Assembly: GCF_009914755.1 (NCBI RefSeq)
Contig: NC_060931.1
Length of the DNA: 64,000 nucleotides
Strand: one strand, 5' to 3'
Origin: the human T2T-CHM13v2.0 reference genome, Homo sapiens
The first letter of the stretch is position 1; each line of letters opens with the position of its first letter. Below, in pieces: positions 26,001 to 40,478 of this stretch. Made by a program: the position numbers and the translations under genes. The notes below the pieces were generated by a model. That model ran no database searches. It was not told the origin of the DNA and saw only the letters and a list, made by a program, of their open reading frames with translations.

Positions 26001-29000
26001 TGGAGTAAATCTTCTTAGATTATGCATTAAATGAAAATTGCAGTAATTTGTAATGCTTATGTATTTTTTTCTTAATTTTTTTATTTTGCAGTTCAGAAAT
26101 ACAGTACACTCCCATTTTAATGCAAATAAGCAGTATACAACAATTTTAATAAAATGTAGCTCAAGTTACGGAGAGGCTAATGAAATTGGAGTTCAAAAAC
26201 CCTCTTTTGACAGCTGCAATTCGGTACCAGCTGGTGGCAGTAATCTACTCCAGACTAAACATCAATGAGGATGATTCAGCTCTGCATGGCTGAAATTTTT
26301 AGGACATTGGCAGCAATCCCAGGAATCTCCCAATAATTTAGCACTATTTTCATCATCTCAATCCCAGGATATTGAAGCAGCGGATTGGTCCTGAAAATAT
26401 AGAGAACCACCTTCTACCTCCCCATTTCCTAAGCCAAGGGTGTTTGTCCTCTTTTAACTTTTCCCTCCTTTCCTGAGAGGAGAGGCAAGGAAGAGAAAGA
26501 AGGAAATTTACCCAGCCTCATTTATATCTACATGTACTTTATCACAGGACATATCATCATGATGTCTGACTGCAGGGGCTTCCACTGTACTATCACGTAC
26601 TATTGTCATTTTGGCTTTAATAGAAATGGAAAGTGAGGTCAGTAAAATCATTAGAAAATATTAAAAATTGTTAACTGTGAAACCAGTGTTTTTGACTAGG
26701 TAATTAATGATTAAATATTTTGCTTCTTTTCAATATAAAAAACAAAAGAGATAGGTTATCACCCAGCATAACTAACAATTTAAAGCCCATGGTTAATATT
26801 TTTTATGCTGGTGTTGTAATACTCTTACCATGGCATTTATACGTATGCATGAACAACAACAGTAAGGCACACAAATACGCCTGACTCCTTTACATTACAT
26901 TGGTTTTCCAGAATTTTGGAGTAAATGAGCTTTGCATTATGGCTTTTAATCTATCTTTATGATGAAGATAAAGTCTCAAGACTCTTAAAAAGCCGTAACA
27001 AAAAATTGTTTCCCTACATAGCAGAAATGTTGCAAAAACATTAAAATATGCAAGCTCTTGATTTCAAGAGTGTTTCAACCAAAGGTGGAAACTAAGAAAG
27101 ACTAAATAAAGCCAGAGCCTAAAATCATTTTGGTGATCTATTAAAATTCACTTATTTATTCATTAAGACAATGCTACGCTCTCACTTTTTATCCCTAAAA
27201 GTCAGTTCTTTCAATATCCAAGACCTCATACCAAGTGACTGTCTGTCTTCGATTCTAAGTAAAACAAATACAGTGTGTTTTCCCATTCCACATATTCAAA
27301 AGTGTTTCTGCTACAATCAATAAAAACGATGCAATTTCATGAAATGAATAAGGATAGATGAAATGATTAAATACATAATGCCGGTGCCTATTAGTTTAAC
27401 TCGCATAAACACAAAATTTAAAATATCAACATTTCAAAATATGATTTGGCAAAGTAATTTTAATATTATAAAATTAAAGCTATAACTGGAGAACTAAATT
27501 AGCCTGACGGACACTCAATAACGTACAACTTCACTAGAAACATTTTCACCTTCTAATTTACTTTGTGAAGCTGAAGCTAAAAGGGACTCTTCAAATGTTT
27601 TATTTACCGGCCAATTTCTAGACGTCTGTACTCTGCCTGCACAGTAACAAGCTGGTGCTAATAAGCCATACATAAAGATCCTACTTATTAAAATACAAAT
27701 TAGACACCCCTTATGTTTATACATGTGTAAGTACAATTAATATTGCAAGCTTCGTTGGGAACAAAATTGCTTTAGTTAACCAACCATTGCAATGCAATCA
27801 AATGAGATTTGAAATGCAATTGGAAAAGATCTGTTTGGTAGAAATAGCAATTATTTCATGCAGAACAATTAGCTTTCCAAGCTCTTTTTTGCTTCTCCCA
27901 CCTGCCCTTAATAGAATAATTTGTCCATCATAAGTGACATGAAATGTCACCTTTAACACCCATAAATTGTATGGAGACCTATCAGGCAGCTGGTAGACAT
28001 AGCTTATTTACAAATATTAGTTTGAACTTGTAAATGCATGACCACATAAATCTTAATCCATTTAGGGTGTACGCCCTTTGTTCCCTCAATTGTGTATTCA
28101 GTTGGGAATTGAATGGAGCTGAGAGAGAGTGTGAATTGCATAAGTCCTTTGTTGTTGCCAGCATATTAGTGCTTTGCCTTTTGTTCTTGTTGTTCATGAG
28201 ATTTCTCTACATTACACAGTAGGGAAGGTTAATCAACATTTTGCCTAAGTAATATTAATGAAACTTGCCTACTTACACTTGAGGGAAGAATCAGAATATT
28301 ACATTGCTCTTTGAAATGTTAATGTACCTTTTAGGAAATTATGTCTGCCTTCTAAATCATCTTAGTGTTAAATTATTAAAGGATGGCATTAAAGAAATAT
28401 TGCACAGATGCACATTGTTAAATACCTTAAAAGATAAAAGAATTATAAAGTTTAAAAGAAGGACCTTTTGAAAGATGATAAAATTTATCTTCAAATTAAC
28501 CATTTTTAAATGTTTGGTTAAAATATTGAGAAAATTTACAATTGTTTTGTGTGCTTTCACAAAACAAGAGATTTAATGTTAATGATTTATAAGTTTCAAC
28601 CACGAATTTGAACTGTATTCTGCTCTGGTCTTGAAGGATTTATTTAACCTTGCTGTATCTGTGCACTAAAGCACCACCTAGTTTATTAGGAACAAAAAAA
28701 AAGCTGAGAGGAATGTATTATTTTTGTACTTTTTACTTATTTGAGTCTTAAGATTAGATAGTCTTCATTGAGGTTCTATTCTCCAAGCACAAAAACGACC
28801 ACTATCTAAACCTTCTATCACTCTATGGCATTTCAAAGGGAAGGGCTATCATAAAGACTATGTATGGCTGCCAAGGTTAGATATGGGAAATAGCAATTCT
28901 CAATGTGCAAACTGTGACAGACCTGTGTCCTGTCAACATCATTCACGGTCCTTCAGGAAGGATGCTCAGGAAATGAGTTGACAGGACTCTAAGTGGTCTA

Positions 29001-29392
29001 ACTTGTTTTCCCTTTAACAGTCTCTTTTGATGTCAATCAGTATGTCAACAGGCCCTAAATAAATTGTGAGGTAACCAAGGGGGAAATTAGGAACAGAATT
29101 TCTTCAAGAATTCTCCCACATGGTGACCACTATTTGCTAAGAATTCCTAATACTTACTGGGCAAATAATTCATTTTCTATTTCACCATAGAAGATTTAGT
29201 AATGGCTTTTGTATTATTGTGGGACTGATTTGTCCTCTTGCACAATGTTTTTTTAGCAGTACTGCTACTTGGATAGAGGCACCAAAAAAGTAGAAAATAA
29301 GGGTTACATTTCAAGATAATTTTTTTCACTTTTTGACATCTCTAAGAATACAGCATACAATTGCTGATGCATCATAATTTAAGTGGCTTTTT

Positions 29393-29693
<301 letters not shown>

Positions 29694-31768
29694 AAGTGGC
29701 TTTTTCTTAGAAATAACTAAAATAAATAGAATGACTAAGTGCCTTACAATTGATGATTTACATTCAATAAAATATGGTAATAGCAAACTTGAATTTAGAG
29801 TTTTTGTATTGTGTTTGTGTTGTGGTTACCCATTACCTCAATATAGAAAACAAAATAATTGCCAAATGTTAGTGTTAATGAGCCCAATATTAAAGAGTTC
29901 ACAATGTCTAGGAAATGAAACCTTATGTCTAGAAATTAATAAATAATAGTTAAATGAAACAACGATATAGGCATTACTACAACCCTACTTGCCAAGTTAT
30001 TTTTTTCCACATTATTGCTCTTTAGAAAAGTGAAAACAACATACAACTAATAAATGACTACTTAAAATACTACCAAATGAATTTAAGGCAAAGAAAAAGG
30101 GTGCTTTGAACAGGGAATGTATAATCTATATATTTCAGAGGCTGAGTTTGTGTGTCTGTTTTGAGTTCTCCGAATTACTGAAGATTCAAACTAAAACAGC
30201 ACCAAGGGTATTATATCTATGCTAGGCAGAATACATGATCTAGCCATACATCTATTATGACTTTACACTGCTTTTACCATGCACGCTTTATGTTGTGGGA
30301 CATAAGGGAAGAGTAATTTATATTTAATGTTGTTAATCAAACATATATTTAGCTAGATTTGTTTTGCTGCTTTTTCCCTATTTGCAAAAACAAAAAAAAT
30401 CGTTTTTATCTAAAAGCAACTAAGTATATTGTAAGCCTCTTCATTCACTAGATGAGCTTACAGTTTGCTCGATGCTCTAGGAGCTTATGTTTTTAGCTTA
30501 ATCATTGATTTTTTCCTTAATATATCATGGATAGCAAATTGATCTTTATTAACCTGTGTATGATAAAGGTTGTAGACAAAGCCAATACCTACATAATATT
30601 AATACCAATCAAGTTAAGTGATATGATCAGTTCAGTAGAGAATCAAACAAACTGGCAGTTGTCAAATAGAGTCTCTCATTAGTAGACTGTTTAAAATATA
30701 TAAATAAGTGATAAACAGTAAAAATAAATAATATCACAAGTATCAAGAATGGAAGACTATTATATACATGAATTAAATATCATTTAGTGCATTTTCCTTT
30801 GATATTCAACATAATCATAGAAACACAAAGAAGTGCTAATTCTTAAACCTCAGTTTAGTGTCTACTGAAGCACAACTACATACCTTCAAATTTGAGACTT
30901 TTGCTTTGCAAAGAGTACAATTAAGCTGTCGCTCACATTCTAAACCTATTTTAAATGTGGGAAGGTAGAGGGCAGTTGTTTACATCCCCAAAATGAGTTG
31001 TCTGGAAGTTTTCTGTGATCAGAAATTATAAAGATTTTCTTTCACTACAACTGTAATCACTCAAGTATGTAACAGAAGTACTTTCTGATTATTAAGGAAT
31101 TTTTTTTTTTTACTGTGCCCCTTGGCTATAAGAGGATAGATAAATGATAGATATGCAGACCTTACCACAAGGAGAATTTCTGCTATTTCTATAAACTAGT
31201 AACTCTTAGTTCATAAAACAAGTTTATTAAGAAAAAAAAAACATGCAACCGCTAATGTCAGCTGACATTTCTCAAAGTAGGCCAGAGTAGAAGAGAGATT
31301 ACTTCTAGCTAAAGTGAAGCAAATTAAATTTTAAGAAGTTGAATATATTCATTCTCACTTTCATCATATTGCCCACCATCAAGGTGATTATAATATGTAT
31401 ACTGCTTCTTACAAACTCAAAGTAGTTAAAAGCAACTTTTTCCAACTTGTATATTCATAATATCGACAAAAATTATTCAGATATTAAAATTTAATGCTAT
31501 TTTTAATGTATTTTATAAATAATGTACCTTTAATTATGGGAGAACATTTCAAGGGTTTTAAAGGGTTTTTTGGTTTTTGTTTTTTTTTGGTAATATGGAA
31601 CATAAAGTACATTTTGGCTAACTTAATTGGCCCTGATTACCCAAAAGCAATTTATTTAAAAAGCAACAAGTATGATTATTTTTAATCCCACAACATCATA
31701 AGATTCCATCATTAAAATATATTTTAATATGCATGTAATTATCCATACACAATATGTCAAGCTATTTA

Positions 31769-31876
<108 letters not shown>

Positions 31877-32651
31877 TTAGAATTCAAATGAACACGTAAT
31901 ATGGAATTGTTATATAAAATGCTTGCGCTTTCTAATCAATTTTGAGGACATAAAAAGCAGAAGATGATCCTTATTTATGATTCATAAATTCTAAATCATT
32001 TAGTAATCTAACCTACTAAAGTTGATGTTTGTATATTTACTCTTCAGCAATATAAATAATATACTATTCTTGAATACCATTAAGTTTGTTACCTCTGCCA
32101 TCATCAGCTATAGTGTCCTCTATGAGTGCTTTCTTTCAATGACTAATACTTCAGTTTTTAGAAAAACACTTAAGTATACTAATTTTCATAGAATCTTATT
32201 TTTAGTAAATACCTTTGGAGCATACATTTCTCTTAAAAAATGACATTGAGAGATTAATATGCACTAAACAATATACTAGGCACCTTCTTAAATGCATATT
32301 GAGTTTTTACCAAAAGCCACAAAAGCTGAAATAACTTCCCCTTTGATGAAGTACATCTTTAGTAGTTCTTTCAGCGATAATCTTTGATAGAGGATTTGTG
32401 CATCTTAAAATTGCTTTATTTCACCTTCAATCGTGTATGCTAAAGTAGTTAAGAATTATAAGCCAATTTATTTTCCTATAGCACTTTCGAAATGCTATTC
32501 CATTAAGTTCAGTGGGAGATGACATTGCTAGTGTCAGCCTGCCAATCACTTTTTATAAACTTTTTTTTCCCCTATTCCAATAGCTTTTAGACTTTTCTCT
32601 TTGTATTTTTCAACTTCACTATGATGTTCTCCATGTGATAGGCTTTCATAA

Positions 32652-32888
32652 GACAGTGACATTTAATGGTTAGGAACACAGAGTTGGGGACCCGACTGCC
32701 TAGATTTGAATATCAGCCCTTGCAAACTACTAGCTGTGCAACCTTGGGAAAAGTTAAGACTCTTCTCCCATTCTCTCATGTGAGTAATGTGAAAGCCTGC
32801 CTCATGGCTTATTGGAAGGACTAAATGAGTTACAAAGTGCTTAGAACAGTGCCTGGCACAAACTAAACAATATATATGTCAACTATCA
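32652..32888 (+). mobile_element. MIR, near full length
   Basis: GACTGCCTAGATTTGAAT...TAGCTGTGCAACCTTGGGAAAAGTTA...AAAGTGCTTAGAACAGTGCCTGGCACA. Confidence 0.85.
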
Positions 32889-33694
32889 ACTTCAAAGAGT
32901 AATGGTTCTGTTTTCTCCCTGGATCCCCTAGAGAAAATAGTGCAGTGTTGAGTTTATTTGTGGTTTGCCTTATGCAGCTAGAAGATAGTGATAAAACTGA
33001 GCAAACAGAAAAGTAAATATAATAAATATACTAAACTCACTTATTAAGGTATAGAAATCATCAGGTTAGGTTTAAAAAATTACAAATCTCAGAGTCATTT
33101 ATTGATTCATGCTGTTTGTGATCTATGAACTATTCCTTAGCGTAAGTTCTTCCTGTGGAGGTCCAGTCTACACTGGATAAACATCCTTCTAGACCAGTTT
33201 TTATATTAATGTATTGGCTTCTATCCCTGTGATTATAATCTATTCATTTTTCTAAGCTGTTGCATAGGTTTTATCAGTGACTCTATAATATTGCCTAGTG
33301 GGAGATCTCAATTTAAGAGTCCCAAAGCTAAATTTAAGTGAAAATCTATCATAGTGTGCCAAAAGGACAATGGTTTTGTTTTTCACTACTAGGTAGAAAT
33401 GGAGTATATAAGAAGCTAGGAAATGTTAGAAATTGTACCACATAGAGTAACCAAAAGGCGGCTCCCTCTCCCTACAAAAACAAAAAACTAAGCAGCAAAG
33501 CCAAAAGACAAGCATATACATTTCAGGAACACTGCATCATAATACTTTTAGAAACTCAACTTCACATGAAAAATGAAGCAAAACATGAATAAAATGGCAA
33601 AAGGAATGGAAATGGAAGCAACTCTTCTATAGAAACACTTCAGTATGGGAAGATAAGGAAAGAGAAGATAGAAGGAGAAAATAAGCATGAAGGC

Positions 33695-33981
33695 TTTTTC
33701 TTTTTTTCTTTGTTTTGATATAGGGTCTCACTCTGTCTCCCAGCCTGGAGTACAGTGGTGCAATCATAGCTCCCTGCAGCCTTGACCTCCTGGGCTCAAG
33801 TGATCCTCCCACTTCAGCCTCCTAAGTAGCTGGGACTACAGGTTTGCATCAAGAAACCCGGCTTTTTTTTTTTTTTTTTTTTTTGGTAAAGATGGGGTCT
33901 CAAACTCCTAGCCTCAAATTATCCTCCTATCTCAGCCTCCCAAAGTGCTGGTATTACACACATGAGCCATCCTGCCCGGCC
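33695..33981 (-). mobile_element. AluJ-like with a T22 linker and a short left-arm deletion
   Basis: CAATCATAGCTC, CTGCAGCCTTGACCTCCTGGGCTCAAGTGATCCTCC (J diagnostic motifs). Confidence 0.92.
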
Positions 33982-35005
33982 AAAGACATGCCCTTGACAA
34001 AATTTGCAATGTAAATCTTCCCCCATTTAAAAAAAAAAAAAAGCAGTATAATAATAGTAACTAAACTTTTACATGTATGGGCAAAAAAAAAATTCTGGAA
34101 CTTAAACAAAATTCTGAATAAAATACTAAACCTTTTTAGATTAAGAAACATTAGAACTCTAAGATGTCTTTGTGTCTTAGAGAAGAATATTAAGTTTTTT
34201 CTTCAGAATACACAGGAAGATGCTGTTTCAGCAAACAAAACACACTAGTGAGCATTCACCCACAGGGCTATGCAGTTTCCAAGGTACCAGCTGTTAACTC
34301 TACCAGATCTTTTCTCCTTGGGAGTGCATGAGAAAGTGCAATTCAACTGATCTGACCCAGAATCACGTGGCTTATGACATGAACATAATCCATGTTTAGT
34401 AAGTTATAGTGACAGTAATCATCACAGTTAACTATTTCCAGAGAAACAGAATAACAGTGGCAACAAACTATAACACAATTCCCTAGGAGGAAGATAGTCC
34501 AAATCGGCTTTATTTATATGTATTTTGAACACTAATTTTATAAAGTAAATGCCCTGTATTGCAAGACTCTGAAAATGTTTTTAGAAAAATAAAGGCATGA
34601 AGTTATGTATACCAAAGAAGTTATGTATTTTAAAAGGCTGGTCTGAAGCTTGAAAGTTGCTAAATTTCATATCCCCAGGTTGGAATTTTAGAAATATATA
34701 ATCATGAAAACTCTACTCCTGTTAATTTCTTTGTTCATGAAGAAATTAATAAATATTTTTACCTAGCAAATTTCATGACAAAGCATATAATACTAAACTT
34801 TAGAGACTTAGTCTATCTCGGGACTAGAGTCAACAGTCACTGAGTGGTGCTACAAACCAGCCGGTCATTACTTATAGAAAACGGACATGTCTTCTAGACA
34901 CTTTAAGCCTTTAATTCACTTCTGTTTTGGTCAAATGACATTTTATTTTTAAAGCTAATGAGCTACCATTAAATGGCACCGGTGAATTGTGTTAAGGCTG
35001 TCAAA

Positions 35006-35312
35006 GGCCAGGCACATGGCTCATGCCTGTAATCCCAATACTTTGGGAAGGGGAGGTGGGGAAAATCTCTTGAGGCCAGGAGTTCAAGACCAGCCTGGGC
35101 AGCATAGTGAGATCCTGTCTCTAAAAAAATAACACAATTAGCCAGGCATGGTGGCACATGCCTATCATCCCAGCTACTCAGGGGGCTGAGGCAGGAGGGT
35201 CACTTGAATCCAGGAGTTCAAAGTTACAGTGATCTATGATGGTACCACTGCACTGCAGCCTGAGCTATAGTGCAAGACCCTGTCTCAAAAAAAAAAAAAA
35301 AAAAAAAAAAAA
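35006..35312 (+). mobile_element. AluJ-like, full length, ~26-nt A tail
   Basis: TTGAGGCCAGGAGTTCAAGACCAGCCTGGGCAGCATAGTGAGA; CAGGAGTTCAAAGTTACAGTGATCTATGAT. Confidence 0.93.
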
Positions 35313-36894
35313 GACACAAAATACCCAATAAAATGTGAGTATCTGCTCAACAGAACATCCCTGTTTCCATAGTTGGCTATATAAGTATATCCTGTAACAA
35401 TAACTTACTTCAGAAAAAAAAAATAAAAAACAGAACACTTTTCTGATTTATGGCACAGCATAATATAGTATCAGACCTTAAAACCAGACTGAGCACCACA
35501 CAGAAATAAAAAACCTGGATTACAATGAATACCTATGAGAAAAATTTGAAGCTTAATTCTGCTAATATTACGATATTCAGCAAGGTTTATTAAATGGCTT
35601 TATTGTAACTGAGATACCACATGTATATATGAAAATCCTTTGGATATCAAATAAGTATTTATAAAAAGTAATAGATGTGTTAAGAATGTATACATCCCTA
35701 CCTACTTATTGGTTTGAACATTTAAAATAGAAAATCACTATAAAGGTTTTAAGGACTTACAACTATAACAAAATAGACTTGACCCCAGACTTTCTGACTC
35801 CAAAGCTTATGCTCCTTCCACAAGACCATTCTTTAGATTCCTATAAAACTCATCAGAGTATATATGAAGACAGAGTAATATCAAAACCAAAACACTAGAA
35901 TTCAATTTTAGGTTAATAAAAAAATCCCCAGCAAGGTTTTAGAAATTACTAAAAAATGAAAAACAAAGCCAGCAGCAACAACAAAAATCATATTTTAGTT
36001 GGGAACCATCTTTACAGGTCTTGTCCTCAAATCCTGGGAGATTATTGCTAATCAGTAAAAATGCTTTTGCTATGCAGTGGTCTGCAGGGAGAAGGATAGA
36101 GAATGAAGAGGTTTTATCAGATCACAGAAAGATCAGCTCCCTTGAAGGTCTATTCATTCTCAACCTTTACTTTTTGTCATATCTTCATCTTTTCCATTAG
36201 CGTTGAATTCTGTCAGGTGATATAAACTTCTATAAAAGCAGTATTATACAGTATATAAAGATATAATTCTACTATCCTAATCAATATCCACATATATTTT
36301 TCCAAAAAAAAGACTATTTTCCAAACATGTAAGTAACTTGCTTCCTAGATTGCAAATTTATTGCAAGTTAAAGATAAAATTTGCTTTCTGAAATTATGAG
36401 AAATTTTCTTTTGATAGCTTTAAAAAAAAATCATCAGGGATCATATAACAGTTCAGTTACACTCCCATAATGTTGGTACTCTTGTTTATATACAAAGATT
36501 TGACTTACAGACACCATTTAAACAAATATCACTAAATTTCAAAACAATTTCTTCAGCTAATGTAAGTCAAGATTTTCCTTTTTAATAAAAGGTAATAGAG
36601 ATCTACAACAGCTAATCCAAATAAAATATGCATGTGTTATGTGATTAATCTTCAAACAGTTAACACCCAATAAAGATTAGCAAATTCTTGTATTATACCT
36701 ATGTTGACAATTCAATTATCACTCTAGGAGTTTCACCTACTATCTTCATCAAACGGTTCTTAGCATATCAAAAGGATCAGGATAATCATTTGAATTTTCT
36801 AACAATACCTACTGAAAATAGCAGACTTAGGTGAATAAACAGACTTCAATGTTCGAAAGAAAAGCCTACAGATACAATCAATTACTTTGGATCT

Positions 36895-37030
36895 ATGGTA
36901 CAATGAACATGCACTGGTAAATCAGACAGATCTGGTTTCCAATTCTGGTGCTGCTTTTCACTAACAACAAAATTTTGGTAATAAAGCTAACAATTTTGCA
37001 TCTAGGATTTTCTTAACCTTACATTTTCTA
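36895..37030 (+). mobile_element. MIR fragment
   Basis: AATCAGACAGATCTGGTTTCCAATTCTGGTGCTGC. Confidence 0.55.
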
Positions 37031-38311
37031 CTTGGCATTCTACATATCTAGCATAATACAAACTCAGTAAAGTTTTGCTTCCGTTTGAACCTGACAAACA
37101 TGAACCCGTAGAATAGGCTATGTCAGAACTATAATCACCAATGACCTCTTCAACACGTACATATGAGCGAAATAAATGAAAAAAAATCTTAGTAGACCTT
37201 AAGTTTTCACTGTATTTTACCCTGCAGGAAAGCTCTGGTCTATAAAACCATAGGGTAACCAAAAGCATATGCAATTCAGGGAATACAACAGCTCAGTTCA
37301 GTAAAATAAGTTCAATTTTATTTTATTTTTACCACAAATAGAATAAGAAAGCAGAGAAGATCATTGTGTTCTGCCTGTGACACCTTATTTTTTCTGAAGG
37401 GCAGAGAAGGGTATAGGCAAGGTGTGACATTTCTTCAGCATTTCTTATGCTGATAGGAAGTCTTGAAGACCTCAACAGACATAACAGCATAATACTTCCA
37501 TGAATATTGAGTATAATATTCCATCTCAAAGGTAAAATGTTCTTTTTCCAATAACCTTAACTAGATAATGGGAAACAATGCAGTTGAAATTCATATAAAC
37601 ATGTATGTTCAGCAGAATTCTACCAAAGGCTTCTAACAATTTGTTATATCCTAGTGAACAAGGATTTTACTAGGAAAATCTTCATGTGCAGAGAAATTGC
37701 TCTGTATGTTTAAATCACATGTGCTGTACTTACAGATTGTTAAAAATGTTTCTATAAAGAAATATTATTAGTACTCTGAAAAGGTTCTGTTAGCTAAAGA
37801 AGCCAGGCTGGAAACTGGGATTTGAGGATTAAAAGTTATAAAATGTAAACAGACTAACCAGGATGAGTTAACTTTGGTACATTTCAACATTTGATAATTG
37901 TAGCAACTAGATAAATACCCTGACTAGGGGGAAAAGTTATTTCTAGGACAAGAAGCCTAGTGTGTTTGCTTCTATTCAATAAATATTTACTAAGGCTCCT
38001 TATATGCAAGTTCACAGAATAAAAAATATAAGACATAGTTTTATCAACTATGCTTCTAAAGGGACCTTATATTCATATACCATATACATCATATACACTC
38101 ACACATAATATCATGTGGTGTTTTACAGATGCTTTCTCAATAGTTAAACTATACATGCTTTATTCATTTTACTTTATTTCAGTGGCCTCTGCCACATGGA
38201 GAATACATTTTTAAAGTACTGCTTCTATCATGATGCAAATATCTCAAAGGACAGGAAGGATCCTAAAAATAGTGTCATTAGCCAATGACAAGATTTAGCT
38301 ACAGGTCTCTA

Positions 38312-38368
38312 TTTTTTTTTTTTTTTTTTTTTGGCGGGGGTTGGGGGGCGGGCTGGAGGGTATTGGGG
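38312..38368 (+). repeat. T21 run abutting a G-quadruplex-type motif
   Basis: T21-GGC-G5-TT-G6-C-G3-CTGGA-G3-TATT-G4. Confidence 0.8.
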
Positions 38369-40056
38369 AAGCTGAAAATACTGAAAAGCACAGAAATAGT
38401 CTCGAGCCTACCACCCCAGAATTCACCTTGATCTTTATATTTGCTTTATAACTTTATGTAAGAAAAAAAAGTATTACAAATCACCTTGAAGTTCACCTTA
38501 TTCACCTCTTCTGACCAATTTCCCTACACAGAGCAATCACCATAATAAATTGATCTATAACCTTAGGCATTGGTTGGAAGTGTATTTTTAAAAAATATGT
38601 AAATATCATCTGATATTGGTATTGTTGATTCTCCTTGCTAATAGGCTACATGCAAAGAGAAATTCCACAAGTTTCATGAGGAATGATTTATCTAAGAAGA
38701 AACCCATCACCCTTTCAAGGTTTGGATTGAACAAACAAATTACAATCAATGGTGTATGAGAAATTATTTGCTGAAGGTTTTGGAAAGTTAAGATAATATC
38801 TGGAGGAGGACAAAACCCCTCAGGGAAACTAAGCTGGAGCCATTTCTAAGATTTTTTCAGCATCAAACTTTTATACATCAATTGCATATTTACTAACAGA
38901 ATGTAGAATAGGTATTATTTCTTAATACAAACCTACCTATTCCTTCACTCCATCAAGAGACCATCAATCTTTCTTCACAGGCACTCATGATGCAATTTGA
39001 AAGATTCTAAATCATAACTTAAGCAAGGCAACTTAACCAAAGACATGTTGATCCCCTCTCATTATTGTGCTATAGGTTAGCAAGCCCACCCTTATAAAGA
39101 TGACTAAACACTGTTTATATGTTTTACTTATGCTTGCTAAAAAATTTTTGCAGCCACATTACAGATAAATCTTATAATGTACAAGGTATAATGTAAGGAT
39201 ACAGATTAACTCTTTTTGATAGCTATCATTTTCTTACAACTGATTTCATGCCAGATTATGGGAAATAAAAATCTCATAATACAAATACAATTTCTCTTTC
39301 TAGCCTAAGCTTTAAGGGAGTGTAATATATGCAAAACATATAAATAAAACTTGCTGAAATAAAGCCAGTCATTTATTTTTCGATCTGTGGCCAAGTGAAA
39401 AATAAAACTTTCGCCTCATAGCTTCTGGAGTGTGTCCTATAGATTTCAACCTGATCTGCCATATTCATGAAATACTTCAAAATTAACCACAAAGCTTCAA
39501 ATCTAATCTTCAGAGATGTAATTATTTCCAAATAAATTGGAAGACCCTTGAAATACAGAAGGCAGGGTAAGGGAGATATCATCTGGTGAGAACAAAACTC
39601 CTTTTAGCAGTATGAAAATAAATAATACACAACAATTATCATACCTTCTTTTGGGTCTACAGCGCAAAATAAAAGGTTGTCCAAATGAATATAATTTGCA
39701 GCTCTACGTTTTGCCACCTGCAATGAATTACGTGTTGAACTTGTTGAACACACCTGGACCTCATGAAAACCCCTCCAATCCCACCATCATCCAAAGATTC
39801 TGATTCTATAGCTGGTGTCATTCCTGAAAATCTACGTTTAATATATTACACCTTTTCCATAGATAAACCTTGAAAACACTCTTCTAGAGGGTAATATTTT
39901 GGAGCTATTAGACATATGGATTGAGTTACTTTTTAAGAAGCACTGTTCTAAATAGCAATATAATTATCCTGAGACAACAAAACAGTCCATGCCCTTCACT
40001 AGTTCTATAACCTCATGCTATCATGGCCCATCATGCTATACTCAATTCGCCCTCCC

Positions 40057-40178
40057 TCTAAATCACTAAATGTGCGTTCATCCAGTGCAGGAAGCAGTTC
40101 TTTCACATCTGCGCACCTCCAGTATCTTATACAACGTGCAGAACAGTGTAGGCATTCAGTAAGTGTGTATGGAAATGT
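40057..40178 (+). mobile_element. L2 3'-end fragment
   Basis: CCTCCAGTATCTTATACAACGTGCAGAACAGTGTAGGCATTCAGTAAGTGTGTATGGAAATG. Confidence 0.5.
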
Positions 40179-40443
40179 GGAAACAATCATTTCCAAGCAT
40201 TTTCAAGGTTGTATCAACATCTATAACTAGGTTCACCAAGTCATCGTCATTCAGTATTATAATACTTTGACATTCTGTGACTTTCTGGCCACAAAAGCTG
40301 TCCTCCTACACGACAAGCATACATCACCACCTAATTCTTAAAAATTGCTAGATTAACTCAACACTACCTGTCACTTAAAAAGTAGTAGAATATGGCTAGG
40401 GAAGTGGCAAGGATACACCCTAATCCATGTAATTCCACTCTGG

Positions 40444-40478
40444 GGTCTTAGAATTTTAGATTCTAAAATTCTAAGACC
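40444..40478. repeat. Perfect 17-bp inverted repeat with a 1-nt spacer
   Basis: GGTCTTAGAATTTTAGA-T-TCTAAAATTCTAAGACC. Confidence 0.95.
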
